64,000 nucleotides of DNA. Origin: Candidatus Woesebacteria bacterium GW2011_GWF1_31_35. Its GTDB lineage: Bacteria > Patescibacteriota > Microgenomatia > UBA8517. Under the pieces are notes generated by a model that was not told the origin of the DNA, searched no databases, and was given only the letters and a program-made list of their open reading frames with translations. The stretch covers positions 273,564-337,563 of the forward strand of contig CP011214.1 of the NCBI GenBank assembly GCA_001029755.1. Reading direction: 5' to 3'. The position numbers were made by a program, and so were the translations under genes. Positions 47,720-56,996 of this stretch are shown piece by piece (positions within the stretch are counted from its first letter, which is position 1; every line of letters starts with the position of its first letter).

Positions 47720-47724
47720 AGTAT

Positions 47725-48252
47725 ATGAAGTATAATAAAAGTATGGACTTAAAGCTAGAAAAAAGAATTTGGTGGAATTATATAGAAGAGGATTTACAGG
47801 AACTATTGGTTCTTTCTGAGTTTCTATCAAACGTAGTTAAAAGCTGGGGAGGGAATTTGCCTGCTGGAAGTAAGGTCTTTCATGATTATTCATTTGTTGT
47901 TTTTCCATCAGCTAAAGCATATGAAGGTTTTTTAAAAAAAGTATTTTTAGATATGGGATTTATTACAAATGAAGATTATCTTGGGAAACATTTTAGAATA
48001 GGAAAATCTCTAAATCCATATCTAGAAGAAAGATTTAGAAATGGTGAAAGTGTTTATGATAGATTGGTTAAATTTTGTGGAGGCAAAGAATTAGCCGATA
48101 CTTTGTGGAATGCGTGGACTACAAGTCGAAACCTTGTGTTTCATTGGTTTCCAAACGAGAAGAAAGCAATTTCTTTTGAGGAAGCTGAAGTGAGAATAAA
48201 ACTTATCATCGACGCTATGGATATGGCATTTAAAGGGTGTAAACTTAAGTAA
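47725..48252 (+). CDS. Hypothetical soluble protein
   Basis: 175 aa; no motif I recognise. Start may be the downstream Met (MDLKLEK). Confidence 0.25.
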   Translation: MKYNKSMDLKLEKRIWWNYIEEDLQELLVLSEFLSNVVKSWGGNLPAGSKVFHDYSFVVFPSAKAYEGFLKKVFLDMGFITNEDYLGKHFRIGKSLNPYLEERFRNGESVYDRLVKFCGGKELADTLWNAWTTSRNLVFHWFPNEKKAISFEEAEVRIKLIIDAMDMAFKGCKLK

Positions 48253-48263
48253 CTGTTGTTATT

Positions 48264-48902
48264 ATGAAATCTTTTAAAAACGCAATAGGGCTCGCTGTTT
48301 ATTTATTAATAGTTTGGGGATTTTATAGATTTTTATTTCAACTTCCAGAAACAATTGAAGAAATATTTATTAAACCTGTTGTTTGGCTTCTTCCTGTTTT
48401 TTTCTTATTAAGAAGTGAAAAAGAAAAAATTTCATCCCTTGGAGTCACAGTTAAAAACCTCTTTCCAGCGGTTTACTATGCATTAGGCTTGGGTGCATTT
48501 TTTGTTATGGAAGCAATGGTAGTTAACTTTGTTAAATATGGTGGGCAATTTAATTTAGGTGCAAACATTGGAAAACTACCATTTGTTACTTCTTTAGGTC
48601 TTTCATTTGTAACCGCATTTTCAGAAGAAATCACTTTTAGAGGTTATATTTTTACAAGAGTTTGGAAATATTTAAAAAATGAAGTTTTAGCAAATGTTTT
48701 AACAAGTCTTTTCTGGGGGATAGTCCATGTTCCAATTGCTTTTTTTGTTTGGAAATTAGATTTAACTTCAGCTTTAATTTATTTATTTTTAACCACACTT
48801 TTTGGGATGGGAAGTGCCTTTGTATATGCCAGAACCAAAAATATTCTTTCTCCAATCCTTCTCCATGTTCTTTGGCAGTGGCCAATAATACTATTTAGAT
48901 AA
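48264..48902 (+). CDS. CPBP-family (CAAX protease / Abi) intramembrane metalloprotease
   Basis: 212 aa. EEITFRGYIF (EExxxR), FWGIVH (FxxxH) and LLHVLWQ motifs, multiple TM helices. Confidence 0.7.
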   Translation: MKSFKNAIGLAVYLLIVWGFYRFLFQLPETIEEIFIKPVVWLLPVFFLLRSEKEKISSLGVTVKNLFPAVYYALGLGAFFVMEAMVVNFVKYGGQFNLGANIGKLPFVTSLGLSFVTAFSEEITFRGYIFTRVWKYLKNEVLANVLTSLFWGIVHVPIAFFVWKLDLTSALIYLFLTTLFGMGSAFVYARTKNILSPILLHVLWQWPIILFR

Positions 48903-48914
48903 GTTTGCAGAGGT

Positions 48915-49553
48915 TTGCTAAGAGGTATATACTTGCAAGTACTCATGAAAGCAAAAATCGTAGGAATAATTACTACACTAATCGTAGCTTTCACCGTACT
49001 TACGGTATCGGTTTTAAAGAGTGCCTCAGTTCCTTATGCCTTTTCTCCCATGGTACTTTCTGAATCAAAAGTAACCGATAAAGACATAAAGATTGATTAT
49101 GTTTTAGCCTACCCCGGAGGAATTCTTCCTGATAGTCCTCTTTGGTATATTAAAGCCTTAAGAGATAAAATCTGGTATGTAGTTACCTTAAATCCTTCCA
49201 AAAAAGTTGAGTTAAATTTACTTTTTGCTGACAAAAGACTTTCTATGGCAGCAAGTTTATTTAAGCAGAATAAACCTGATTTAGGGTTTTCAACTCTTAC
49301 TAAAGCTGAAAAGTATTTAATTAAGGCTATACCTAAAGATGCAAAAGACACAGCCTATCTTAATAAGCTTGCTTTAGCTTCTCTTAAACATAGAGAGGTC
49401 ATTGAAAATGAGATACTTCCTATTTCTTCAGAAGATTTAAAGCCTGAAGTTATTAAATCTATAGATTATTCAAAGGAAACATACAAAAAAGTACGTGATT
49501 TATTAAGGTCCGTTGGGCTAAATCCTTCCCCAAATCCATTCGAAGTGGAGTAA
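48915..49553 (+). CDS. Hypothetical N-terminally anchored protein
   Basis: 212 aa, one TM; no motif I recognise. Confidence 0.25.
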   Translation: MLRGIYLQVLMKAKIVGIITTLIVAFTVLTVSVLKSASVPYAFSPMVLSESKVTDKDIKIDYVLAYPGGILPDSPLWYIKALRDKIWYVVTLNPSKKVELNLLFADKRLSMAASLFKQNKPDLGFSTLTKAEKYLIKAIPKDAKDTAYLNKLALASLKHREVIENEILPISSEDLKPEVIKSIDYSKETYKKVRDLLRSVGLNPSPNPFEVE

Positions 49554-49707
49554 TAAAGTGATCAAAATTTATTTTTGATTTCCGTTTAATTTCCGCGAGC
49601 AATTTCCCCCTTGACTTTTTTGTGGCTAATTTAGCTTAGAGGTGATATATTTTGAATTAAAAGTTGATAGTTGACTGCCTACCCCTAGTGTTAGATTATC
49701 AATTTTA

Positions 49708-49723
49708 TCACTAGTCCTAGTGT
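49708..49723 (+). promoter_or_regulatory. NrdR-box-like palindrome upstream of nrdR-nrdJ
   Basis: tCACTAGTCCTAGTGt, a 14-bp perfect palindrome resembling the NrdR box consensus acaCwAtATaTwGtgt. A second CTAGTG half-site lies at 49685. About 50 nt upstream of the nrdR start. Confidence 0.35.
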
Positions 49724-49772
49724 TTTTTATTTACATACGTGAAATGAAAAAACATTGTTATTTAAGTAAAAT

Positions 49773-50219
49773 ATGAATTGTCCATTTTGTAATACAAATG
49801 ATACACAAGTCCTTGAATCAAGGGTAACTGATGATGGGCAAAGTTTAAGAAGGAGAAGGGAATGCAGCAAATGTGGTAAAAGATTCACTACACATGAATC
49901 TGTAAAACAATCAGTATTGTGGGTAATTAAAAAGGACGGAAGAAGAGAACCTTTTGATAGAGAAAAAGTTAAAAGGGGAGTTTTAAGATCAATTGAGAAA
50001 AGGCCAGTTTCTTTAGAACTAATTAATGAAATTGTAGATGAGGTTGAAAGAGAGATGTTAAAGGCCGAAAAAGAAGAGATTTCAAGTAAAACAATTGGCA
50101 ATGCAGTTTTAAAAAGACTTAAAAAAATTGATAAAGTAGCTTGGCTTAGGTTTGCAAGTGTTTATTTGGAATTTGAAGATTTAACGGATTTCGAAAAGTT
50201 AATAGAAAAAAATTCTTAA
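49773..50219 (+). CDS. nrdR: Transcriptional repressor NrdR
   Basis: 148 aa. MNCPFCNTNDTQVLESR...CSKCGKRFTTHE zinc ribbon plus ATP-cone. Confidence 0.9.
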   Translation: MNCPFCNTNDTQVLESRVTDDGQSLRRRRECSKCGKRFTTHESVKQSVLWVIKKDGRREPFDREKVKRGVLRSIEKRPVSLELINEIVDEVEREMLKAEKEEISSKTIGNAVLKRLKKIDKVAWLRFASVYLEFEDLTDFEKLIEKNS

Positions 50220-50223
50220 AAAA

Positions 50224-53200
50224 ATGGTAAGACTTAAAAATAAAAAAATTAAAAAACAAATAAGTTTTGAAAGTTTTAAAGCTCCAACATACGAAAAGAT
50301 TAAAACTCTAATTAATAAAAAGATTGGTGCAAGACCTAGTATTCCTGATGATTTAGCAAAAGGGGATTGGACTGAACAAGCATTAAAAGTTTTAGAGGAA
50401 AGATATTTAATTAAAGATAACGATTTAAAACCAATAGAAACTCCTGAAGACATGCTTTGGAGAGTCTCTTGGGAAATTGCATCTTCAGAAGCAAGATGGG
50501 GAACTACTAAAAAAGATGTAGAAAAGATAGCACGAGATTTTTATGGTCTCATGGTTTCAAGAAAATTTTTACCAAATTCTCCAACCTTAATGAATGCTGG
50601 AACAAATAATGGTTTACAGTATTCTGCTTGTTTTGTTCTTCCAATAGAAGATTCAATGGAAGGAATTTTTGATGCTTTAAAATATCAAGCAATTATTCAT
50701 AAAACTGGAGGAGGAACAGGATTTGCATTTAGTCGATTAAGACAAAATGGATCGGTTGTTAAAACTTCAAGCGGTACTGCTTCAGGACCAATTTCTTTTA
50801 TGAGGATTTTTGATGCTGCAACAAATGAAGTTAAACAAGGGGGAAAAAGAAGAGGGGCTAATATGGGAATTTTGCGAGTTGATCATCCTGATGTATTGGA
50901 ATTTATTCATTGTAAAGAAGAGGGAGGTATTACTAATTTTAATATTTCGATTGCCTTAACTGATGCCTTTATGAAGGCTTATCAAAATGGAGAAAATTAT
51001 GACTTGATAAGTCCTAAAAACAAAGAAGTTGTTGGAAGCCTTTCTGCAAAGTTGGTTTTTGATGAGATTGCAGATGGAGCTTGGAGAACTGGAGATCCTG
51101 GTTTAATTTTTATTGATAAAATTAATAGTAGTACTGCTAATCCTGTACCATCAATTGGTGCAATTGAAGCTACTAATCCATGTGTAACAGGAAACACTTT
51201 GGTGTCTACAAACAGAGGATTAGTAAAAATTGAAAATCTTTACTTAGATAAAAGAAATACAAAAATTTTAACAGATAGTAGACTTTCAGATATTAAGTTT
51301 CAGATTCCTTCTAGGATTTTGCAGACAGGTAAAAAACAGGTTTACAAATTAACAACATTTGAGGGGTATGAATTAAGCCTTACAGGGAATCATAAAGTTT
51401 TAACTGAAAGAGGTTGGGTTGAAGCTTTAAAGTTGAGAGAAAATGACAAAATATTTATTTCTAATAGGAAGGGTAGTTTTGGTGTTGAAGGATCTCTGGA
51501 TGAAGGACAAATTATTGGATGGTTGGTTGGTGACGGAACAATGAAAAGGACTCAAGCGATTCTATCCTTTTTTGGTTACGAAAAACAGGAATTGGCACCA
51601 AAGTTTGCTCAAATGGTGGAACATTTAGTTGATGGAAAACAAATGTTAGCTAGGAATTATTCTGTTTCAGTAATTAATATTAATGACAGGGATGAAGCAA
51701 GAGTTCAATCTACAAGGTTAGCTAGATATATGAATGAAATTGGTATAGATAAAGATTCAAAATTAAAAGTTCCAGAAACAGTTTTGTTAGGAAACGAGGA
51801 GATGCAAAAAGGATTTTTGCAAGCATTATTTACCGCAGATGGTCATGTTGGTGGGAATGCAGAAAAAAGTGTCAGTGTGAGATTAACATCTATTTCAGAT
51901 TCATTATTAAAAGATGTACAGAGAATCCTTCTAAATTTTGGGATTGTAAGTAAAATTTACACAGAAAGAAGAAAAGAACAAAAAAGATTTTTACCAAATG
52001 GTCGTGGGGGATCTAAGGAATATTTGTGTAAATCATATAGTGACTTAGTAATTTCAAAATCATCTTTAAAAGTTTTTAAAGATAATATTGGTTTCTTGTC
52101 TGAATGTAAAAATATAAAACTTGTTACATTGTTAAATGAATACAAAGAAGGGCCTTATAAAGAAAATTTTATTGCTAGATTTAAAAAATTAATAAAAGAA
52201 GGCGTTGAAATGGTCTATGATTTAACTGAGCCATCTACGTCATCCTTTATAGCTAATGGTTTAGTTGTTCATAATTGTGGAGAACAGCCGTTATATCCAT
52301 TTGATGCCTGTAATTTAGGGAGCATATTTCTAACATATTTTATTAAAGATGGAGAAATTGATTGGGATGAACTAAAAAAAGTTACTAGAACCTCAGTTAG
52401 ATTTTTGGATAATGTAATTGAAGTTAATCCATATCCATTAGAGCAGATTAGAAAAACAGTCTTTGCAATAAGAAGAATTGGTTTAGGTATTGGAGGTTGG
52501 GCTGATATGCTTTTGGAACTTGGGATTCCATATGATTCAGAAGAAGCAATAACCCTAGCTGAAAAAATAATGAAGACTATTCAAGACGAAGCAGTTGAAG
52601 AAAATGAAAAATTAGCCAAAATTAGAGGAGCATTCCCACTTTTTAAGAGTTCAATCTATAAAAATGGAAAACCTAGAAGAAACTCAACCGTTACAACCAT
52701 TGCCCCAACTGGAACAATATCGATAATTGCAGGAGCATCATCAGGAATTGAACCACTTTTTGCAATTGCTTATCAACATATTGTTAAAGATAAACATTTA
52801 GATAGAAAGATGACATTTGTAAATCCTAAATTTGAAGAAGTTTCACGAAAAGAAGGTTTTTGGAGTAAAGAACTAATGGACAAAGTGGGAGAATTAGGAG
52901 TTATTCGTGGTATTAATGAAGTACCTCAAAAGATAAAAGATATTTTTGGTACAGCTCATGAGATTAATCCTGAATGGCATATAAAAACACAAGCAATTTT
53001 CCAAAAATATACAGAAAATGCTGTTAGTAAGACAATTAATTTAAAAAGTGATGCAACTGTTGATGATGTTAAAAAAGTATATCTTGACGCATGGAATGCA
53101 GAATGTAAGGGAATAACAGTTTTTAGAGATGGATGTAAAGATACTCAAGTTTTAAACCTTGGTATCAATAGTCAAAAGAAAGAAATTGAAAAAGAAGAAG

Positions 53201-53799
53201 AAAAATCTGAAGAGCCTTTAAGACATAGGCCATATGTTGTTAGAGGTTCAACATATAGGTTGTCAACTCCTGTTGGTACTGCTTTTATAACCATAAATGA
53301 AGATGAAGAAGGTCAACCCTTAGAAGTATTTATTAATGTAGGAAAAGCTGGTTCAGATGTTGCAGCAATGGCAGAAGCCTTGGGTAGAACAATTTCAACA
53401 ACCTTAAAATTTAGAGGAAATATATCAGCTAAAGAAAAGGCAAGAGAAATTGCAGAACAGTTAGCGGGGATTGGCGGGAGAAGATCAATCGGTTTTGGAC
53501 CTACTAAAATAAGGTCTCTTCCCGATGCTATAGCAGGAGCAATTTCAGTTCATTATAACTTTGGTATTAATGGATATCATAATAGTCCAAATATTTTTGG
53601 AGGAAATCAATCAAATGGAAATATTGTAAGTGAAGTAATTGCATCAGCACCACATGTTGAAGAAAAACAACAAGAGAGCCTCTTTTTGCAAGCATCTAAA
53701 GAAAAAGTGGGAGATATATGTCCATCTTGTGGAGCTTCTGCCTTAGTATTTGAAGAAGGTTGTAGTAAGTGTCATGCGTGTGGTCATTCTGAATGTTAA
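50224..53799 (+). CDS. nrdJ: Adenosylcobalamin-dependent ribonucleotide reductase (class II, NrdJ) interrupted by an intein
   Basis: 1191 aa. The extein active-site motif ATNPC|GEQPL is split by a 365-aa insertion. B12-dependent RNR features are present, including the C-terminal CPSCG...CSKCHACGHSEC. Confidence 0.85.
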   Translation: MVRLKNKKIKKQISFESFKAPTYEKIKTLINKKIGARPSIPDDLAKGDWTEQALKVLEERYLIKDNDLKPIETPEDMLWRVSWEIASSEARWGTTKKDVEKIARDFYGLMVSRKFLPNSPTLMNAGTNNGLQYSACFVLPIEDSMEGIFDALKYQAIIHKTGGGTGFAFSRLRQNGSVVKTSSGTASGPISFMRIFDAATNEVKQGGKRRGANMGILRVDHPDVLEFIHCKEEGGITNFNISIALTDAFMKAYQNGENYDLISPKNKEVVGSLSAKLVFDEIADGAWRTGDPGLIFIDKINSSTANPVPSIGAIEATNPCVTGNTLVSTNRGLVKIENLYLDKRNTKILTDSRLSDIKFQIPSRILQTGKKQVYKLTTFEGYELSLTGNHKVLTERGWVEALKLRENDKIFISNRKGSFGVEGSLDEGQIIGWLVGDGTMKRTQAILSFFGYEKQELAPKFAQMVEHLVDGKQMLARNYSVSVININDRDEARVQSTRLARYMNEIGIDKDSKLKVPETVLLGNEEMQKGFLQALFTADGHVGGNAEKSVSVRLTSISDSLLKDVQRILLNFGIVSKIYTERRKEQKRFLPNGRGGSKEYLCKSYSDLVISKSSLKVFKDNIGFLSECKNIKLVTLLNEYKEGPYKENFIARFKKLIKEGVEMVYDLTEPSTSSFIANGLVVHNCGEQPLYPFDACNLGSIFLTYFIKDGEIDWDELKKVTRTSVRFLDNVIEVNPYPLEQIRKTVFAIRRIGLGIGGWADMLLELGIPYDSEEAITLAEKIMKTIQDEAVEENEKLAKIRGAFPLFKSSIYKNGKPRRNSTVTTIAPTGTISIIAGASSGIEPLFAIAYQHIVKDKHLDRKMTFVNPKFEEVSRKEGFWSKELMDKVGELGVIRGINEVPQKIKDIFGTAHEINPEWHIKTQAIFQKYTENAVSKTINLKSDATVDDVKKVYLDAWNAECKGITVFRDGCKDTQVLNLGINSQKKEIEKEEEKSEEPLRHRPYVVRGSTYRLSTPVGTAFITINEDEEGQPLEVFINVGKAGSDVAAMAEALGRTISTTLKFRGNISAKEKAREIAEQLAGIGGRRSIGFGPTKIRSLPDAIAGAISVHYNFGINGYHNSPNIFGGNQSNGNIVSEVIASAPHVEEKQQESLFLQASKEKVGDICPSCGASALVFEEGCSKCHACGHSEC
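51181..52275 (+). mobile_element. Intein (365 aa) with LAGLIDADG homing-endonuclease domain inside NrdJ
   Basis: Starts with Cys (CVTGNTLVST), ends with VVHN followed by extein Cys (CGEQPL). Two LAGLIDADG motifs: IIGWLVGDGTM and FLQALFTADGHV. Inserted within the conserved NPC|GEQ catalytic motif of the RNR. Confidence 0.85.
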
Positions 53800-53812
53800 A
53801 TGTTAAAATATT

Positions 53813-54307
53813 TTGATATTCATGTCAGTTTATACACGAACAGGGGATAAAGGGAAAACAGGAACTTTTAATGGAAAAAGAATTTCCAAATCTTCAACAT
53901 TGATTAATACAATTGGTAGTTTAGATGAATTAAATTCATATTTAGGCATTATTGGGGGATTAACCGAAATTCAAAAAAATATATTTACAATAAATTCAAT
54001 TTTATCAGGAGCAAAACTTACTTTTCCAAAAACTGAAACTTTAAAGTTAGAAGAAGAAATTGATGCTATGGAGAAAAAACTTCCAGTTTTAGCTAGTTTT
54101 ATAATCTATGGAGGAACTTCAAAAGCATCCCAAATTTATTTTGCAAGAAGCCTTTGCCGTCGTGCAGAAAGATCATTGGTTAAGTTAGAAATTATGGACC
54201 AAAAATTAATAGTATTAGCTTATATAAATAGACTCTCAGATTATTTATTTACTTTAGCTCGTTTTACTAATTTTAGGAAAAAAGTTAAGGAAGGTACTTG
54301 GAAATAA
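53813..54307 (+). CDS. ATP:cob(I)alamin adenosyltransferase, PduO-type
   Basis: 164 aa. VYTRTGDKGKTGTFNGKRISKSSTLINTIGSLDELNSYLG matches the PduO-type N-terminus. Confidence 0.75.
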   Translation: MIFMSVYTRTGDKGKTGTFNGKRISKSSTLINTIGSLDELNSYLGIIGGLTEIQKNIFTINSILSGAKLTFPKTETLKLEEEIDAMEKKLPVLASFIIYGGTSKASQIYFARSLCRRAERSLVKLEIMDQKLIVLAYINRLSDYLFTLARFTNFRKKVKEGTWK

Positions 54308-54323
54308 TGCTACAATTAAAAGC

Positions 54324-54650
54324 ATGGGACTACTGCCTGAAAGAGAACCAATTAAAAAAAGTTATGAGAATCCTGACGAGGCTTCTCCTTTAAATATTGA
54401 AAGAAAAGAAGTTGTTTCTCCAGTTCTGACTCATTTTAAAGCTCAAGTTAAAAATGATAAAGGACAAAACTTGATCGAGACTCCTGAAGGAAGAAAGATG
54501 GAAATAAAGATTCCTGAAGATAGTAAAGAATCTTTGGAAGGAAAAATTAAAGGATCAAAAGATGAATCTTCAGCTTGGTCAGCCGGATATTGGTTAAGAA
54601 TAATAAAAAAAGCTATATACTTTGGATGGAAGGTGGTGTTTGATAAATGA
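54324..54650 (+). CDS. Hypothetical protein, start-stop coupled to the downstream ATPase
   Basis: 108 aa, acidic, with an amphipathic C-terminus. Confidence 0.2.
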   Translation: MGLLPEREPIKKSYENPDEASPLNIERKEVVSPVLTHFKAQVKNDKGQNLIETPEGRKMEIKIPEDSKESLEGKIKGSKDESSAWSAGYWLRIIKKAIYFGWKVVFDK

Positions 54651-56974
54651 TTGTTCCTGATTTAAATTCAATAATTTTATTTTTAATTTTAATTATCTTT
54701 TTGGTGTTTTTGATTGCCACTGTTAGTTATGTAGTCTTTGTTATTTTTAGGTTTAGAGGAAGGGAGGAAAAATCAGTTGATTCAGTATATTTACAAGTTT
54801 CAGTTCCACGACTAAACGAAACAAAGACTGATGCCATGGAACAACTCTTTTCATCTCTTTATTCGATGAAAAAAGGAGGTTGGAAACAAAAATTTTCAGT
54901 GCAACCATCCATTTCTTTTGAGATTATTGCCAAAGAAGAAGATATTAAATTTTATGTTTGGACACCTACAGAATATAAAGATTTGGTTGAAAAACAAATT
55001 CATGGTGCATATTCTGATGCTGAGATTATGGAGGTTCCTGAAGTTAATATCTTTGAAACTGATGGTAAAGTTTCCTATAAATCTTTACAGTTATCAAAAG
55101 CAAATTATTATCCATTAAAGACTTTTAAAGATTTACCAACTGATATTTTAGCCTCACTTACATCATCTCTTGCTAAATTAACAGAAGGTGAGGGGGCTGC
55201 AATTCAGATATTAATTTCACCGGCAGAATCTGAATGGCAAAAATCAGGTAGTAAATATATATCAGATACTAAAAAACAGGAAAGCAGTTCAGAAAGTGCC
55301 AAATATGCAGTTTCTGGTAAAGCCTTGGAAGCAATTGAAAATAAAGTAAGCAAAATAGGTTTTTTAACTTCGATTAGAATTGTTGTTACCTCAAAAACTA
55401 AAGAAATTGCCAAGATGAATCTTGATAATATTGTTTCTTCCTTAGGTCAAACATCTGGAGAATTTAATAATTTAGGCAGTAGAAAAATATACAATAAAGG
55501 TGGCTTCATGCAAGATTTCCTTTATAGGTACCAACCAATGTTTAATGTGTTTAAAAATCATATTTCAATTTTAAATTCTGAAGAGTTGGCAACCATTTTT
55601 CATTTTCCAAATAGACAAATTACAACACCACATATCCATTGGTTACACTCAAAAACTGCTCCAGCTCCAGCAGAGATTCCTGAAGAAGGAATTTATTTGG
55701 GTAAAAGTATTTATAGGGGAATGACAAGAAAGATTGCGATTGGGGATGAAGATAGAAGGCGCCATGTTTATATTATTGGAGCGACAGGTGTTGGAAAAAC
55801 AGAATTAATGAAAGGTATGATTATGCAGGATATAAATGCAGGACGTGGAGTTTGTTTTATGGATCCACATGGAGATGCTGTTGAAGATATCTTAAAACTT
55901 ATTCCACCAGAACGTGCTGAAGATGTTATTTATTTTAGACCATCAGATACAGAAAGACCAATGGGGTTAAATTTGATGGAAGCAAATACTGAGGATGAAA
56001 AACATTTTGTAGCCTCATCAATTATTAATATGATGTATAAACTTTTTGATCCTTATAAAACTGGAATTGTAGGACCCCGTTTTGAACATGCAGTTAGAAA
56101 TGCAATGCTTACTATCATGTGTGAAAAGGGTGCTACCTTTGTTGAACTAATGAGAGCCCTAACTGATGCAAGGTATGTCCAAGAATTACTTCCTAAGGTC
56201 ACAGACCCAATTATTAGACGCTACTGGACAGACCAGATAGCTCAGACTTCTGATTTTCATAAATCGGAAGTATTAGATTACATAACTTCCAAGTTTGGAA
56301 GATTTGTTACTAATAAAATGATCAGAAACATTATTGGTCAATCTGAATCTTCATTTTCGTTTAGAGATGTTATGGATAATGGAAAGATACTTCTTATTAA
56401 CCTTGCAAAAGGAGAATTGGGAGAAGAAAATTCTAATTTTTTAGGTTTAATATTAGTTCCTAGAATATTAATGGCAGCCATGAGTAGAAGTGATACTCCA
56501 GAAGAAAATAGACGTGATTTCTATTTTTATGCTGATGAGTTTCAAAACTTTGCAACACCTGATTTTGCAGTAATTTTGTCTGAGGCTAGAAAATATAGAT
56601 TAAATCTAACTGTTGCCAATCAGTTTATAGGCCAAATTGAAGAAGAAGTCAAAAATGCAGTCTTTGGAAATGTGGGTACAAAAGTTTCATTTAGAGTAGG
56701 CGTTACTGATGCTAATTATTTACAACATGAATTTACTCCAACTTTTGGTGAAGATGATTTATTAAATGTAGAAAGATATCATGCATATGTTAAAACAATT
56801 GTTCATAATCAGCCTCAAACTCCATTTTCAATTGATACAACAGTAGATAGAGCTAAAATTAAAGATATGGAAAATCCCAGAACTGCTGAAATAATTAAAG
56901 AAATGAGTAGATTAAAATATGGAAGAGATGCAAGACTTGTAGAAGCGGAAATCACTAGACGTGCAAAACTTTAA
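54647..56974 (+). CDS. T4SS-type AAA ATPase with N-terminal TM helix (VirD4/TraG coupling-protein-like; VirB4-like not excluded)
   Basis: 775 aa. N-terminal TM, Walker A IIGATGVGKTE, FMDPHGDAVEDIL (resembling the T4CP DPKGD region), Walker B FYFYADEFQNF. Confidence 0.45.
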   Translation: MIVPDLNSIILFLILIIFLVFLIATVSYVVFVIFRFRGREEKSVDSVYLQVSVPRLNETKTDAMEQLFSSLYSMKKGGWKQKFSVQPSISFEIIAKEEDIKFYVWTPTEYKDLVEKQIHGAYSDAEIMEVPEVNIFETDGKVSYKSLQLSKANYYPLKTFKDLPTDILASLTSSLAKLTEGEGAAIQILISPAESEWQKSGSKYISDTKKQESSSESAKYAVSGKALEAIENKVSKIGFLTSIRIVVTSKTKEIAKMNLDNIVSSLGQTSGEFNNLGSRKIYNKGGFMQDFLYRYQPMFNVFKNHISILNSEELATIFHFPNRQITTPHIHWLHSKTAPAPAEIPEEGIYLGKSIYRGMTRKIAIGDEDRRRHVYIIGATGVGKTELMKGMIMQDINAGRGVCFMDPHGDAVEDILKLIPPERAEDVIYFRPSDTERPMGLNLMEANTEDEKHFVASSIINMMYKLFDPYKTGIVGPRFEHAVRNAMLTIMCEKGATFVELMRALTDARYVQELLPKVTDPIIRRYWTDQIAQTSDFHKSEVLDYITSKFGRFVTNKMIRNIIGQSESSFSFRDVMDNGKILLINLAKGELGEENSNFLGLILVPRILMAAMSRSDTPEENRRDFYFYADEFQNFATPDFAVILSEARKYRLNLTVANQFIGQIEEEVKNAVFGNVGTKVSFRVGVTDANYLQHEFTPTFGEDDLLNVERYHAYVKTIVHNQPQTPFSIDTTVDRAKIKDMENPRTAEIIKEMSRLKYGRDARLVEAEITRRAKL

Positions 56975-56996
56975 ATGATATCCTTCAATAGTTTAT

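Noticed and set aside
47720-47830. Long N-terminal extension of the second PBP ORF (track start 47830)
   Set aside because: The first 37 residues precede the predicted TM helix and have no PBP similarity. The internal Met at 47719 gives the canonical short cytoplasmic tail-TM-GT51 arrangement.
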